This document shows, piece after piece, positions 9,626 to 18,853 of a DNA stretch of 37,001 nucleotides. The DNA is from Acidobacteriota bacterium (GTDB lineage: Bacteria > Acidobacteriota > Blastocatellia > UBA7656), in contig JANMSG010000221.1 of the NCBI GenBank assembly GCA_031389065.1, positions 1 through 37,001 of the forward strand, given 5' to 3'. Both the position numbers and the translations under genes were made by a program. The notes under the pieces were generated by a model. That model was not told the DNA's origin. It did no database searches and saw only the letters and a program-made list of their open reading frames with translations. How positions within the stretch are numbered: the first letter of the stretch is position 1; every line of letters begins with the position of its first letter.

Positions 9626-10042
9626 ATGCCAAAACGCGATTTTTATCACGATGCCGTAAAAAATGCGCTCACCAAAGATGGGTGGACAATCACGGATGAT
9701 CCATTCACTCTTGAGTTTGAGGATCTTCAATTGTTTGCCGACCTCGCAGCCGAAAAACCATTTGCAGCCGAAAAGGGTGGGCGAAAAATCGTCATCGAAA
9801 TCAAAGTCTTCACAAGCCCCTCACCAGTTAGTGAGTTGGAAAAAGCGATTGGGCAATATAATATCTACAGCCTCTTTATCAAAGAGGTGTATCCTGAGCG
9901 CGAACTCTTTCTCGCGCTTGCTCAAAGTGCGCATAAAACCTTTTTCCAACGCCCATCTATTAGGTTTATCATGTCTAAGCAGCAAATCAGCTTACTGATT
10001 TTTGATCCCGATACGGAGGAAATTATCGAATGGATAAGCTAG
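9626..10042 (+). CDS. xisH: XisH family protein
   Basis: RD.YHDAVKNAL.KDGW.ITDDP...DLAAEK..AAEK..RKI.IEIK.F...E.EKAIGQY..Y. Confidence 0.88.
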   Translation: MPKRDFYHDAVKNALTKDGWTITDDPFTLEFEDLQLFADLAAEKPFAAEKGGRKIVIEIKVFTSPSPVSELEKAIGQYNIYSLFIKEVYPERELFLALAQSAHKTFFQRPSIRFIMSKQQISLLIFDPDTEEIIEWIS

Positions 10043-10365
10043 AAAACTATAATCAAATCGCCCGGAAGATTGTTTTGGAACACGCTCGGTATGCGTCGAA
10101 ACGAGAGGGTATTGAAACCCTTACACTATGCGACCATTCTAGCGGCAACTATCTGCTGATGAGGGTAGGATGGCATGATCTTGATCGCACACATTCGATT
10201 CTTTTCCACCTTCGCATCCTTGAAGGGAAAATTTGGATTGAGCAAGATGGCATTGAATATGGCATCGCTCAAGACTTGCTGGACGCAGGCGTACCAAAAG
10301 AGGATATTGTTCTGGCGTTTTACGATCCGAAAACGCGCCAGCTAACAGATTTTGCCGTTGCGTAA
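10030..10365 (+). CDS. xisI: XisI family protein
   Basis: MDKLE.Y...YLL..VGW....R.H....H..I..GKIWIEQDG.E.GIA..L..AGVPKEDIVLAF; overlaps xisH. Confidence 0.88.
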   Translation: MDKLENYNQIARKIVLEHARYASKREGIETLTLCDHSSGNYLLMRVGWHDLDRTHSILFHLRILEGKIWIEQDGIEYGIAQDLLDAGVPKEDIVLAFYDPKTRQLTDFAVA

Positions 10366-10485
10366 AACGAATCGTTGGAAAGCGTTTCGATGAAAAGTGA
10401 CTAACAGGTAAAGACTATCTCTACATCAAAAACATTTTCTCGTTATCCCAGCCAGCGTTGAAAAATTTGAGGAGTAACAATCAAA

Positions 10486-13251
10486 ATGAATAAAGCAATT
10501 AAGTATCACTTCAGGTTTGTCTCATTGCTTCTGGTATGGAGTCTATTCGCCGCGCCTGCAACCCTGTTTGCGCAAGGTCAACCGGCGGCGCTGCCGAAAG
10601 GCATTACGCGCATCAATTCTGTTGAAGGGATAACCGAATATGCCCTCGAAAATGGTTTGCGCGTCTTATTGTTTCCAGACCAGTCGCAGCAAACCATCAC
10701 CGTCAACGTCACATACCTCGTAGGCTCGCGTCACGAAGGGTACGGCGAAACCGGTATGGCTCATTTGCTTGAGCATCTGGTTTTCAAAGGCACGCCGAAA
10801 CATCCAAACATTCCGCAAGAGTTGACCGAACACGGCGCCGAACCCAACGGTTCAACCTGGACGGATCGCACAAACTACTTTGAGACTTTCTCCGCCAACG
10901 ATGAAAATTTGAAGTGGGCGCTAGACCTTGAAGCCGACCGAATGATCAATTCTCACATCGCCAAAAAAGATTTGGATAGCGAGATGACCGTCGTTCGCAA
11001 CGAATTCGAGATGGGTGAAAACGAACCGACAGCTATTTTAGAAGAGCGCGTCGCGGCAACTGCCTTTCTGTGGCACAACTACGGCAAGTCAACCATCGGG
11101 GCTCGCTCGGATATTGAAAAAGTTCCGATTCAAAATTTGCAGGCTTTCTATCGAAAGTATTATCAACCGGACAACGCCATACTTTTAGTCGCCGGCAAGT
11201 TTGATGAAGCCAAGACGCTCGCTTTAATTCATCAATATTTCTCGCCGATTGCGCGCCCGACCAGACAACTTCAAGCGACCTACACGGACGAGCCTACGCA
11301 AGATGGCGAGCGCTCGGTTACGCTCAGGCGTGTAGGCGATGTGCAAGCCGTCTGTGCCGCGTATCACGTTCCGGCAGGGTCGCACCCGGATTTTGCGGCA
11401 GTCGAGGTTTTGACGTATGTCCTGGGCAATACGCCTTCCGGTCGTTTGCACAAGGCGCTTGTCGAAACCAAGAAGGCAAGCTCGATAATCGGCGCGAGCT
11501 ATCAATTTCGCGACCCGACGCTGACGATTTTTGGCGCCGAAGTGCGACAGGAATCTTCGCTTGACGAGGCGCGCGATACGCTCCTGAAAACCGTCGAAAA
11601 CATCACGGCGAATCCACCTACGAAAGAAGAAGTAGATCGCGCCCGCACCTCTTTGTTGAAAAACTTTGAATTGATTTTGCGAGCCCCGGATCGCGTCGGT
11701 TTAGTTTTAAGCGAGTGGATGGGAATGGGCGATTGGCGTTTGTTCTTCCTGCATCGTGACCGTCTGCGCAAAGTCACGACAGAAGATGTGCAGCGCGTCG
11801 CCAGCAGTTATTTAAAAACCTCAAATCGCACGCTAGGGATGTTCATACCCACAGCAAAACCTGACCGCGCAGAAATCCCTGCCACGCCGGATGTCGCGGC
11901 AATTTTGAAAGATTACAAAGGCGATGCGGTAATCGCCGCAGGCGAAGCCTTCGACCCCTCGCCCGGAAACATCGAAGCGCGAACTTCAAGAGCCAGCGCG
12001 GGCGCATTAAAGACAGCTTTTCTGCCCAAGAAGACGCGCGGCAACACGGTTGTTGCTTCTCTGACGTTGCGCTTTGGCGATGAAAAGAGTTTGATGAATC
12101 GCGCTACGGCAGCCCAGTTTGCAGGACAAATGTTAATGCGCGGCACCGCCAAACACACGCGCCAACAAATCAAAGACGAATTCGACAAATTGAAAGCCCA
12201 AGCGGCTGTCAGTGGCGGCGCGACTTCCGCCACCCTCTTCATAGAAACCACGCGCGAGAATCTCCCCGCGACCCTGAAACTGGCGGCAGAAGTCTTGCGC
12301 GAACCTACCTTCCCAGAGACGGAGTTCGAGCAATTGAAGCAAAGTTCTCTGGCGCAAATCGAAGCGAAACGCAGCGACCCGACAGCAGCGGCAGTCAATG
12401 CCTTTCTTCGCTATCTCTATCCTTACGCGAAAGGCGATGTTCGTTATGCGGCTACACCTGATGAAGAAGCGGCAGCGGTAAAAGCTCTGACCCTCGATGA
12501 AGTGAAAAACTTTTACAGGGATTTTTACGGCGCATCGAATGGCGAGTTGGCGGTCGTTGGTGATTTCGAGGTGAAAGAGATTGAGAAGTTGGCGAGTGAT
12601 TTGTTCGGCAATTGGAAGAGTCCCAAACCTTATGCGCGTTTGGTGGAATCTTTCAAAGAGATCGCTCCAAAAAATGAAGAAGTGTCAACGCCCGACAAGG
12701 CAAACGCTTTCTTCATTGCGGCGCAACGCCTCAATATACGTGACGACGACCCCGATTATCCCGCACTCGTACTGGCAAATGAGATTCTCGGCGGCGGCTT
12801 CTTGAATTCGCGCATCGCCACGCGTCTCAGGCAAAAAGACGGTTTGAGTTACGGCGCAGGTACGCAGTTGGAGACCAGTTCACTGGATAAAAACGGCGCG
12901 TTTATCACTTACGCAATCTACGCTCCGCAAAACGTCACGAAACTGGAAACCGGATTCAAAGAAGAGATTGCTCGCGCTTTAAAAGACGGACTTACTGCCG
13001 AAGAAGTGGCGGCAGCAAAAGCCGGATACCTGCAAGCCCAACAACGTATCCGCACAGATGATGGCGCATTAGTGAAAGGCTTAGCCGCTTATCTGTTTAT
13101 CAATCGCACACTGGCTTGGGATGAGGCGATGGAGAAGAAAATCGGCACCTTGACGGTTGAGCAAGTGAACGCAGCGATGCGGCGTTTTCTCGATTTGTCG
13201 AAGACGACGATAATTAAAGCGGGCGATTTTGCCAAATCTGCAACAAAGTAA
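10486..13251 (+). CDS. M16 (pitrilysin/insulinase) zinc protease, exported
   Basis: Signal peptide; inverted zinc motif HLLEH; NGSTWTDRTNY; two M16 modules; GAGGAG RBS. Confidence 0.92.
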   Translation: MNKAIKYHFRFVSLLLVWSLFAAPATLFAQGQPAALPKGITRINSVEGITEYALENGLRVLLFPDQSQQTITVNVTYLVGSRHEGYGETGMAHLLEHLVFKGTPKHPNIPQELTEHGAEPNGSTWTDRTNYFETFSANDENLKWALDLEADRMINSHIAKKDLDSEMTVVRNEFEMGENEPTAILEERVAATAFLWHNYGKSTIGARSDIEKVPIQNLQAFYRKYYQPDNAILLVAGKFDEAKTLALIHQYFSPIARPTRQLQATYTDEPTQDGERSVTLRRVGDVQAVCAAYHVPAGSHPDFAAVEVLTYVLGNTPSGRLHKALVETKKASSIIGASYQFRDPTLTIFGAEVRQESSLDEARDTLLKTVENITANPPTKEEVDRARTSLLKNFELILRAPDRVGLVLSEWMGMGDWRLFFLHRDRLRKVTTEDVQRVASSYLKTSNRTLGMFIPTAKPDRAEIPATPDVAAILKDYKGDAVIAAGEAFDPSPGNIEARTSRASAGALKTAFLPKKTRGNTVVASLTLRFGDEKSLMNRATAAQFAGQMLMRGTAKHTRQQIKDEFDKLKAQAAVSGGATSATLFIETTRENLPATLKLAAEVLREPTFPETEFEQLKQSSLAQIEAKRSDPTAAAVNAFLRYLYPYAKGDVRYAATPDEEAAAVKALTLDEVKNFYRDFYGASNGELAVVGDFEVKEIEKLASDLFGNWKSPKPYARLVESFKEIAPKNEEVSTPDKANAFFIAAQRLNIRDDDPDYPALVLANEILGGGFLNSRIATRLRQKDGLSYGAGTQLETSSLDKNGAFITYAIYAPQNVTKLETGFKEEIARALKDGLTAEEVAAAKAGYLQAQQRIRTDDGALVKGLAAYLFINRTLAWDEAMEKKIGTLTVEQVNAAMRRFLDLSKTTIIKAGDFAKSATK

Positions 13252-13299
13252 TTTCTTTCACGAAGCAAAACAAAGTATAATTTGCCGCGAAGAAAACCT

Positions 13300-13335
13300 A
13301 TCACGAAGCGAGATGAATTTATCTCGCTTCGTGAT
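13300..13335 (+). terminator. Perfect 15-bp hairpin after the M16 gene
   Basis: ATCACGAAGCGAGAT-gaattt-ATCTCGCTTCGTGAT; lacks a clear U-tract. Confidence 0.5.
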
Positions 13336-13553
13336 TCCCTCACAGTCGCAGGAAGCCTCAAAACAGAAAGCGAAGATGATTTGACTTTTAAGAAGTCTAA
13401 GCGCCTCAGGTTTGCGCAATCTCTCAGAGACAAAGCATTGCGAGTCTCTTGGCGATTTCAAGGCTTTTGCGACTGAATGTTTTTGTAGGTAAGATTGAAT
13501 TTTATTATCCGTCGGTGACGACATAATATTCGCGTAAGAAACGGAGTTTTCAG

Positions 13554-16223
13554 ATGAGCAGCAAGTCTAAAAAACACAGATCAAGAGCTAACGAAGTCAT
13601 CGCAATCGTCTTGATTGCTTTCGCTGTTTTATTGATTTTGAGCCTTGTCACATACGACCCGAAAGACCCTAGCTGGAATTCTGTAGGACCGCAACAACGC
13701 TCATCCAATCTCATAGGCATTTTCGGCGCATACCTGGCAGATTTTCTGCTTTCGATGTTCGGTCTGGCATCGCTGTCGATTCCAGTGCTGATGGTTGTCA
13801 TCGCCGTGCGCGTCTTTTTTGCCGAAGAAGTCGGAGTGCCCTTTAAAAAAGCTGTCGGCGCGATACTTTTGCTCACCACTACGTCGGCTTTCTTCGCGCT
13901 CTTCCCTAAAATCGCCGTAGGGTTGTTGCTGCATTCGGCAAGTAACGGCGGAATGATTGGCTATCTGGTCGAAGGCGGCCTTGCATCCTGGTTAAATACC
14001 ATAGGCGCAGCAATTGTGTTAACCGTCGCATTCGTGTTGACTCTGACGCTGACGATGGAAGTTTCGCTGGCGAATCTTTCCGCCAGGCTAGGCGCGACAG
14101 GGTTGTTTGCACGAAACAAATCAGGAGCGGGTTTCCTTGAGCCTGTAAAAATTTGGTGGGTGGCGCGGACGGAAAGACGCAAACTCGAAATTGAAGCCAG
14201 GCATCTGGCAAAAGCCGAAGAGTTGGAGCGCAAAGAGCAAGAGAGAATCGTCCGCGAAAGCGAAGCCTTTGTTGAAAAAGAGAACCGCCGCAAAGTGCTG
14301 GCTGAAGAACGCCTACAAAAAGCGGAAGAAGCCAGGCGACTCAAGGAAGACCCGCTTTTTGTTTCCGAATCTGCCATCACTCCGGTAATTTCTAAAACGC
14401 TGCGCGCCAACTCCATTGGCTCAAACGTAGACGACGACACGTTTGAGGGCGAGATACTTGAGGAAGGAGTCAAGACACATCGCGTTGCTGCATCAACAGC
14501 CAGTGCTCCCGTTAATATGCGAACGCAGGCGGCAGCGGCTTTGCGCACCTACAGAGAAAAAGCCGAACAGATAAAGACTACTGGTTACGTCGCCGCCGAA
14601 GTTACGATGGATCCAGATGTAGTCGAGATGACTTCAACAGCCTGGATTGATCGCTCCCTTCCATCAAATGATGCGGAAGAATCGCCTGTCGCTCCTCTCA
14701 AAGAAGCGAAGCCGATTCGCAAAACGCCGACCGTCGCCACTGTCGCATCCCATTACGCGCTGCCTTCAATTGATTTGCTCGAAATCCCCGTCGGTCCACA
14801 CGAACAAGCCGAAGAAGAATTGCGCGAGCGCGCTACTACGCTTGCCGAAAAGTGCAAAGAGTTTTCCGTCGTCGGCCACATACACAGAATCAATCCCGGA
14901 CCTGTGGTCACGACGTTTGAGTTCAAACCTGATCCGGGCATCAAATACAGCCGTGTGGTTGGACTCGCCGATGACCTGTGTCTGGCTTTGAAAGCTGAAT
15001 GTATTCGCATAGACCGCATTCCAGGTAAATCAACTGTCGGCATAGAAGTGCCGAATCATCACCGCGAAAAGATCCTGCTGCGCGAAGTCATCGAATCGCC
15101 CAAGTTCAAAAACTCCGAATCAAAACTCACCATCGCTCTCGGCAAAACCATAAATGGCGAAGAGTACATAGCCGATTTATCGCGTATGCCTCACCTGCTC
15201 ATCGCTGGCGCGACCGGCGCGGGCAAATCCGTGACCATGAACGCGCTGATCTGTTCGATTCTCTACAAGGCTTCGCCCGAAGAAGTGAAGTTCATTATGG
15301 TTGACCCCAAGCGCGTAGAGCTAGGGCTTTACGAAAATATCCCGCACTTGCTCACGCCTATCGTCACAGACCCGAAGCGCGCGGCAAACGCTTTGAAGTG
15401 GGCTGTCAACGAGATGGAGAGCCGCTACAAAGAGCTTGCCAAATACGGCGTGCGAAACATCGAGCAGTACAATCGCCAAGCCATAGAGATGATGCACCCG
15501 ACGCTTTCCGAAGATAATCCCAACGTCGCAAAGCCTCTGCCTTATATCGTCATAGCAATTGACGAGTTGGCGGACTTGATGATGGTCGCCAGAAGCGAAG
15601 TGGAAACCTCTATCGCCCGCCTTGCGCAAATGGCGCGCGCCGTAGGCATTCACCTGGTTCTCGCCACACAGCGCCCTTCAGTTGACATTATCACAGGCGT
15701 CATTAAAGCCAATATCCCTTCGCGCATAGCCTTCCGCGTGTCGTCGAAAGTTGACTCGCGCACGATTGTTGACTCAAACGGCGCAGAGGCTCTGCTCGGT
15801 CAAGGGGATATGTTGTTTTTGCCGCCAGGCACTTCGCGTTTGATTCGCGTACACGGTTCGTTCGTCAACGAAGTAGAGGTGAAGGAGATAGCCGACCATG
15901 CGCGCAAACAGGCAGAGCCTTCTTATGACGAGAAGGTGACGATGAATGAACAAGAGGCCGAAGGCTTGGATGGCGAAATTGGCGAACGCGACGAGCTATA
16001 CGATCAGGCGCTGGCAATCGTCACGGATATGGGGCGCGGTTCAACCTCCGTGCTGCAACGCAGACTTTCCATAGGCTATGGACGCGCCGCAAAGATTCTA
16101 GACATGATGGAGCGCGAAGGCTTCATAGGACCTGCGGAAGGCTCGAAACCACGCAAAGTGTTGACTGCGGCGTATGATTTCCGAGACAGATTAGGGCAAA
16201 GACTCGAAGAAGATTTTGATTAG
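13554..16223 (+). CDS. ftsK: DNA translocase FtsK
   Basis: 4TM N-domain, linker, Walker A GATGAGKS, IDELADLM, LATQRPS, gamma domain STSVLQRRLSIGYGRAAKILD. Confidence 0.96.
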   Translation: MSSKSKKHRSRANEVIAIVLIAFAVLLILSLVTYDPKDPSWNSVGPQQRSSNLIGIFGAYLADFLLSMFGLASLSIPVLMVVIAVRVFFAEEVGVPFKKAVGAILLLTTTSAFFALFPKIAVGLLLHSASNGGMIGYLVEGGLASWLNTIGAAIVLTVAFVLTLTLTMEVSLANLSARLGATGLFARNKSGAGFLEPVKIWWVARTERRKLEIEARHLAKAEELERKEQERIVRESEAFVEKENRRKVLAEERLQKAEEARRLKEDPLFVSESAITPVISKTLRANSIGSNVDDDTFEGEILEEGVKTHRVAASTASAPVNMRTQAAAALRTYREKAEQIKTTGYVAAEVTMDPDVVEMTSTAWIDRSLPSNDAEESPVAPLKEAKPIRKTPTVATVASHYALPSIDLLEIPVGPHEQAEEELRERATTLAEKCKEFSVVGHIHRINPGPVVTTFEFKPDPGIKYSRVVGLADDLCLALKAECIRIDRIPGKSTVGIEVPNHHREKILLREVIESPKFKNSESKLTIALGKTINGEEYIADLSRMPHLLIAGATGAGKSVTMNALICSILYKASPEEVKFIMVDPKRVELGLYENIPHLLTPIVTDPKRAANALKWAVNEMESRYKELAKYGVRNIEQYNRQAIEMMHPTLSEDNPNVAKPLPYIVIAIDELADLMMVARSEVETSIARLAQMARAVGIHLVLATQRPSVDIITGVIKANIPSRIAFRVSSKVDSRTIVDSNGAEALLGQGDMLFLPPGTSRLIRVHGSFVNEVEVKEIADHARKQAEPSYDEKVTMNEQEAEGLDGEIGERDELYDQALAIVTDMGRGSTSVLQRRLSIGYGRAAKILDMMEREGFIGPAEGSKPRKVLTAAYDFRDRLGQRLEEDFD

Positions 16224-16260
16224 ATGATAAGCGACTCTATTGTTTTTTTTAGACTTTTCG

Positions 16261-16500
16261 AATAATTTCCAACAGGTTTTGCACAGCGCAGCAGTTAAAC
16301 TAAAATCTTGGACTTACAAAGCCCTTAAAAAAGCCAATAAAAACATACTTTTTTTCTTTAAGTATTGAAATATTGCAACTTGCGATGTTAACAGAATTTG
16401 AACAATATGTGTGCAAAGTGCTAAAAGTCCCCACCTTACAAAAATTTGCGTCGCTTAATCCCTCGTTTTCCACAGAGTTTTCCACAGAGTCTGTGGAAAA
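16261..16500. promoter_or_regulatory. DnaA-box cluster with AT-rich tract (candidate oriC)
   Basis: TTTTGCACA 16277-16285, TTTTCCACA 16466-16474 and 16478-16486, TGTGGAAAA 16492-16500 all fit TTWTNCACA; one-mismatch box 16410-16418; AT-rich 16325-16375. Confidence 0.6.
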
Positions 16501-16763
16501 CTCCTGGCTGATGATTGCTTGTCGCAAGTAGAAATATTTATGACTCTCAGTGACTTGACTTCAAACTATTGGGATTTATCAACTCAAAGGCGTTCAAATC
16601 TTCCCGTTGCTAGTTATTTTGTTAAATGATATAGAATAGACTTGCGAACGCCGAGCGAAAAGACTCTAGACTTTGTAGTCAAAACACTAGTCGCCGGACT
16701 CAAACCTCCCTATACTTCACCGGACTTTCAAGACTTCGCCAGACTCGTTAGACTTTCATTTCT

Positions 16764-17564
16764 ATGAGTAAGCCATACGTAGCCGCTTCCAGTTATCTCA
16801 ATACCGCGCCCCTCTGCTACAGCTTCATCTACGGGGAACAGAAAGATCATTGTGAATTTCTTTCGGATGCCTCGCCGGCCGTCTGTTCGGAAATGCTTAA
16901 AGACAAACGCGCCGATGCAGCGATGATTCCCGCGATTGAATATCAACGCATCGCCGACATCTGGGCTGTACGCGATGTTTGCGTAGCTTCCAAGAGTCAG
17001 GTTCGCAGCGTCGTTTTGGCTTCGCGTGTGCCAATTGAAGAGGTTCGGTCGGTAGCCTTAGACACCTCTTCGCGCACCTCTGCCACATTGATTCAAATTA
17101 TCTTCAGCAAGTTTTACAAGGTTGCGCCGACCTATCGCCAATCGCCGCCGCGCATAGAACAGATGCTTGAAACGGATGACGCGGCTTTACTCATCGGAGA
17201 TCCTGCCATGTTAATAGACCGTTCGGCGCTCTATGTCTATGATTTGGCACAAGAGTGGCGAAAGCATACGGCAATGCCTTTTGTGTTTGCCTTTTGGGCG
17301 GTTCGCAAAGATTCAAAAAATTGGCCAGGCGAAGTAGATTTTCTCGCAGCCAAACGCGAGGGACTCGAGCATGCGAACGAGTTGGCAAATCGGTATGCTG
17401 AAAGTTTGGGTTTGCCGCACAAGGAGTTGATTACTTATTTGACCCAAAACATCAACTATGATTTGGACGAGGAGAGTTTGCGCGGATTGAATCTATACTA
17501 TCAGTTAGCCGAAGAATGCGAACTGATAGAAAAAGCCAAAGAGCTAGTCTTTACAGAGGGATAA
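16764..17564 (+). CDS. mqnA: Chorismate dehydratase (futalosine menaquinone pathway)
   Basis: YLNTAPL, V.SV.L.S, VALDTSSRTS, ALLIGDPA, DLA.EW...T.MPFVFAFWA. Confidence 0.88.
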   Translation: MSKPYVAASSYLNTAPLCYSFIYGEQKDHCEFLSDASPAVCSEMLKDKRADAAMIPAIEYQRIADIWAVRDVCVASKSQVRSVVLASRVPIEEVRSVALDTSSRTSATLIQIIFSKFYKVAPTYRQSPPRIEQMLETDDAALLIGDPAMLIDRSALYVYDLAQEWRKHTAMPFVFAFWAVRKDSKNWPGEVDFLAAKREGLEHANELANRYAESLGLPHKELITYLTQNINYDLDEESLRGLNLYYQLAEECELIEKAKELVFTEG

Positions 17565-17596
17565 AAAATTTTGTGGGGATTGCGAAAAGATATTCT

Positions 17597-17653
17597 GGTT
17601 TCTAGTTTTCAAGCCGACTTTGAAAATCAAATCACCGTTCAAAACTAGAAACC
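17597..17653. terminator. Inverted repeat between convergent genes (likely bidirectional terminator)
   Basis: GGTTTCTAGTTTT 17597-17609 / AAAACTAGAAACC 17641-17653. Confidence 0.5.
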
Positions 17654-17674
17654 GAAAATCTTTTTGTCAGGCTC

Positions 17675-17875
17675 TTACTGAGTTGATTGAGCTTGAGCTT
17701 GATCGCCAGCAGTTTGATCGTGGGTTTCGTCAACGGTGTGAGAACCAAGTATGCGATGACCTTCTTCGCTGCGAGGGTCAATCGTGCGCAGATGCTTTTT
17801 GCCCCTCATCTCCCAAATCGCTGTCACATGCCCGTCTTTTTCAACTGCATGGTAGGTTGTCTCGTTTTCTTCCAT
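17675..17875 (-). CDS. Small hypothetical protein (66 aa)
   Basis: Strong AGGAGGAG RBS before ATG; downstream of the Spy/CpxP-like gene on the same strand. Confidence 0.6.
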   Translation of the reverse strand: MEENETTYHAVEKDGHVTAIWEMRGKKHLRTIDPRSEEGHRILGSHTVDETHDQTAGDQAQAQSTQ

Positions 17876-17960
17876 TACTCCTCCTAAAAATATTTACATT
17901 AAGATGTCGAGACATTTTAATAGCCAAACACATAGACTGTCCAGTAAGCCTCTCCTTCAA

Positions 17961-18629
17961 CTACCTGAAAAGTTCCAGCATATCAAGCTCGTCACCATCT
18001 TTATCAGTCGAAGGGGGACGATTTTCCTGTTGACGCAATAAGTCTTTCTCTTTTTCTTCGCGTATCTGACGTTGTATTTCTCTCTCTTTTTCAATATAAC
18101 GACGCACTTGCTCAGGAGTCAGAGTTTTGCGAAACTCGGCGCGTACACGAATGTTAATTCTAATCTGTTCGGCTTGTGCCGCCACCAATTCTTCGGTGTA
18201 TTCTTTGATTAAAGCCTCATTATAGGTTTCGCTCATCAAAGCGCGGTCAAGCGCATTGCGAGCTTGGCGCAATCGGCGACCTGCGGCAACGCCTTGGTCG
18301 TCGTATGAACGCCGGATTTCCATCACCCGCATTCTCTGGTCAGGCGTAAGGCTCAAGACTTCCATCAAGAGTTTTTGCCTCTGTCTTTGCAGAGCCATAA
18401 TCTCAGGATTCCTGTTGCCGAGGTTGCCGCCTGGCGGAACCTGCTCGCGATTGAATGGTGGAACTTTTCGGGGTCGCCCTAACTGACCATCGCCCGGTTG
18501 CAGACGCTGGTTTTTGTTTTTCTGAAAACGCTCAAGCTTGCCGCGATTCTGCGCGAAACCGCTATCGGCATGTAATAGTGAGGTTAATGCCAAGGCAATG
18601 AGGCAATTGGCTATTAATAATCTTTTCAT
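17961..18629 (-). CDS. Spy/CpxP-like (LTxxQ) periplasmic protein
   Basis: Signal peptide; LSLTPDQ and LTPEQ motifs flanking a helical core; GGAG RBS. Confidence 0.75.
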   Translation of the reverse strand: MKRLLIANCLIALALTSLLHADSGFAQNRGKLERFQKNKNQRLQPGDGQLGRPRKVPPFNREQVPPGGNLGNRNPEIMALQRQRQKLLMEVLSLTPDQRMRVMEIRRSYDDQGVAAGRRLRQARNALDRALMSETYNEALIKEYTEELVAAQAEQIRINIRVRAEFRKTLTPEQVRRYIEKEREIQRQIREEKEKDLLRQQENRPPSTDKDGDELDMLELFR

Positions 18630-18669
18630 CGCTTACTCCAGTCCTGAGACGGTCTTCGTCCGCAAAGAT

Positions 18670-18697
18670 TTTGACTGAGCGAACCCAACTAAAGTTT
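18670..18697 (-). promoter_or_regulatory. Candidate ECF/sigmaE-type promoter
   Basis: Minus strand AAACTT-N16-GTCAAA, about 40 nt upstream of the Spy/CpxP-like start. Confidence 0.45.
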
Positions 18698-18715
18698 GAA
18701 TAAATATTACCCCTA

Positions 18716-18851
18716 AATAGTGAATAGTGAACAGTGAATAGTGAATAGTGAGAAGATTTCGGATATTAGCTGCTGGATGTTCGTTCTCTGACATCTGACA
18801 TCTGACATCTGGCATCTACTTTTCACTATTCACTATTCACTATTCACTGTT
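18716..18851. repeat. Nested inverted heptamer arrays (AATAGTG x5 / CACTATT x4 enclosing TCTGACA x4 and a degenerate partner)
   Basis: 18716-18750; 18754-18781 (degenerate AGATGTC-like); 18787-18817; 18824-18851; begins right after the nadA stop. Confidence 0.9.
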
Positions 18852-18853
18852 TC

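Noticed and set aside
9596-10485. Excisable fdxN-like element around xisHI
   Set aside because: No recombinase, interrupted gene or flanking direct repeats seen
16300-16527. 75-aa ORF in the ftsK-mqnA gap
   Set aside because: Runs through DnaA boxes (STDSVENSVEN is box-derived); no RBS or family features
18633-18815. 60-aa ORF (MPDVRCQMSE...TIHYSLFTIHY)
   Set aside because: Translation artefact of the heptamer arrays
18716-18851. CRISPR array
   Set aside because: Units are contiguous 7-mers without unique spacers; no cas genes
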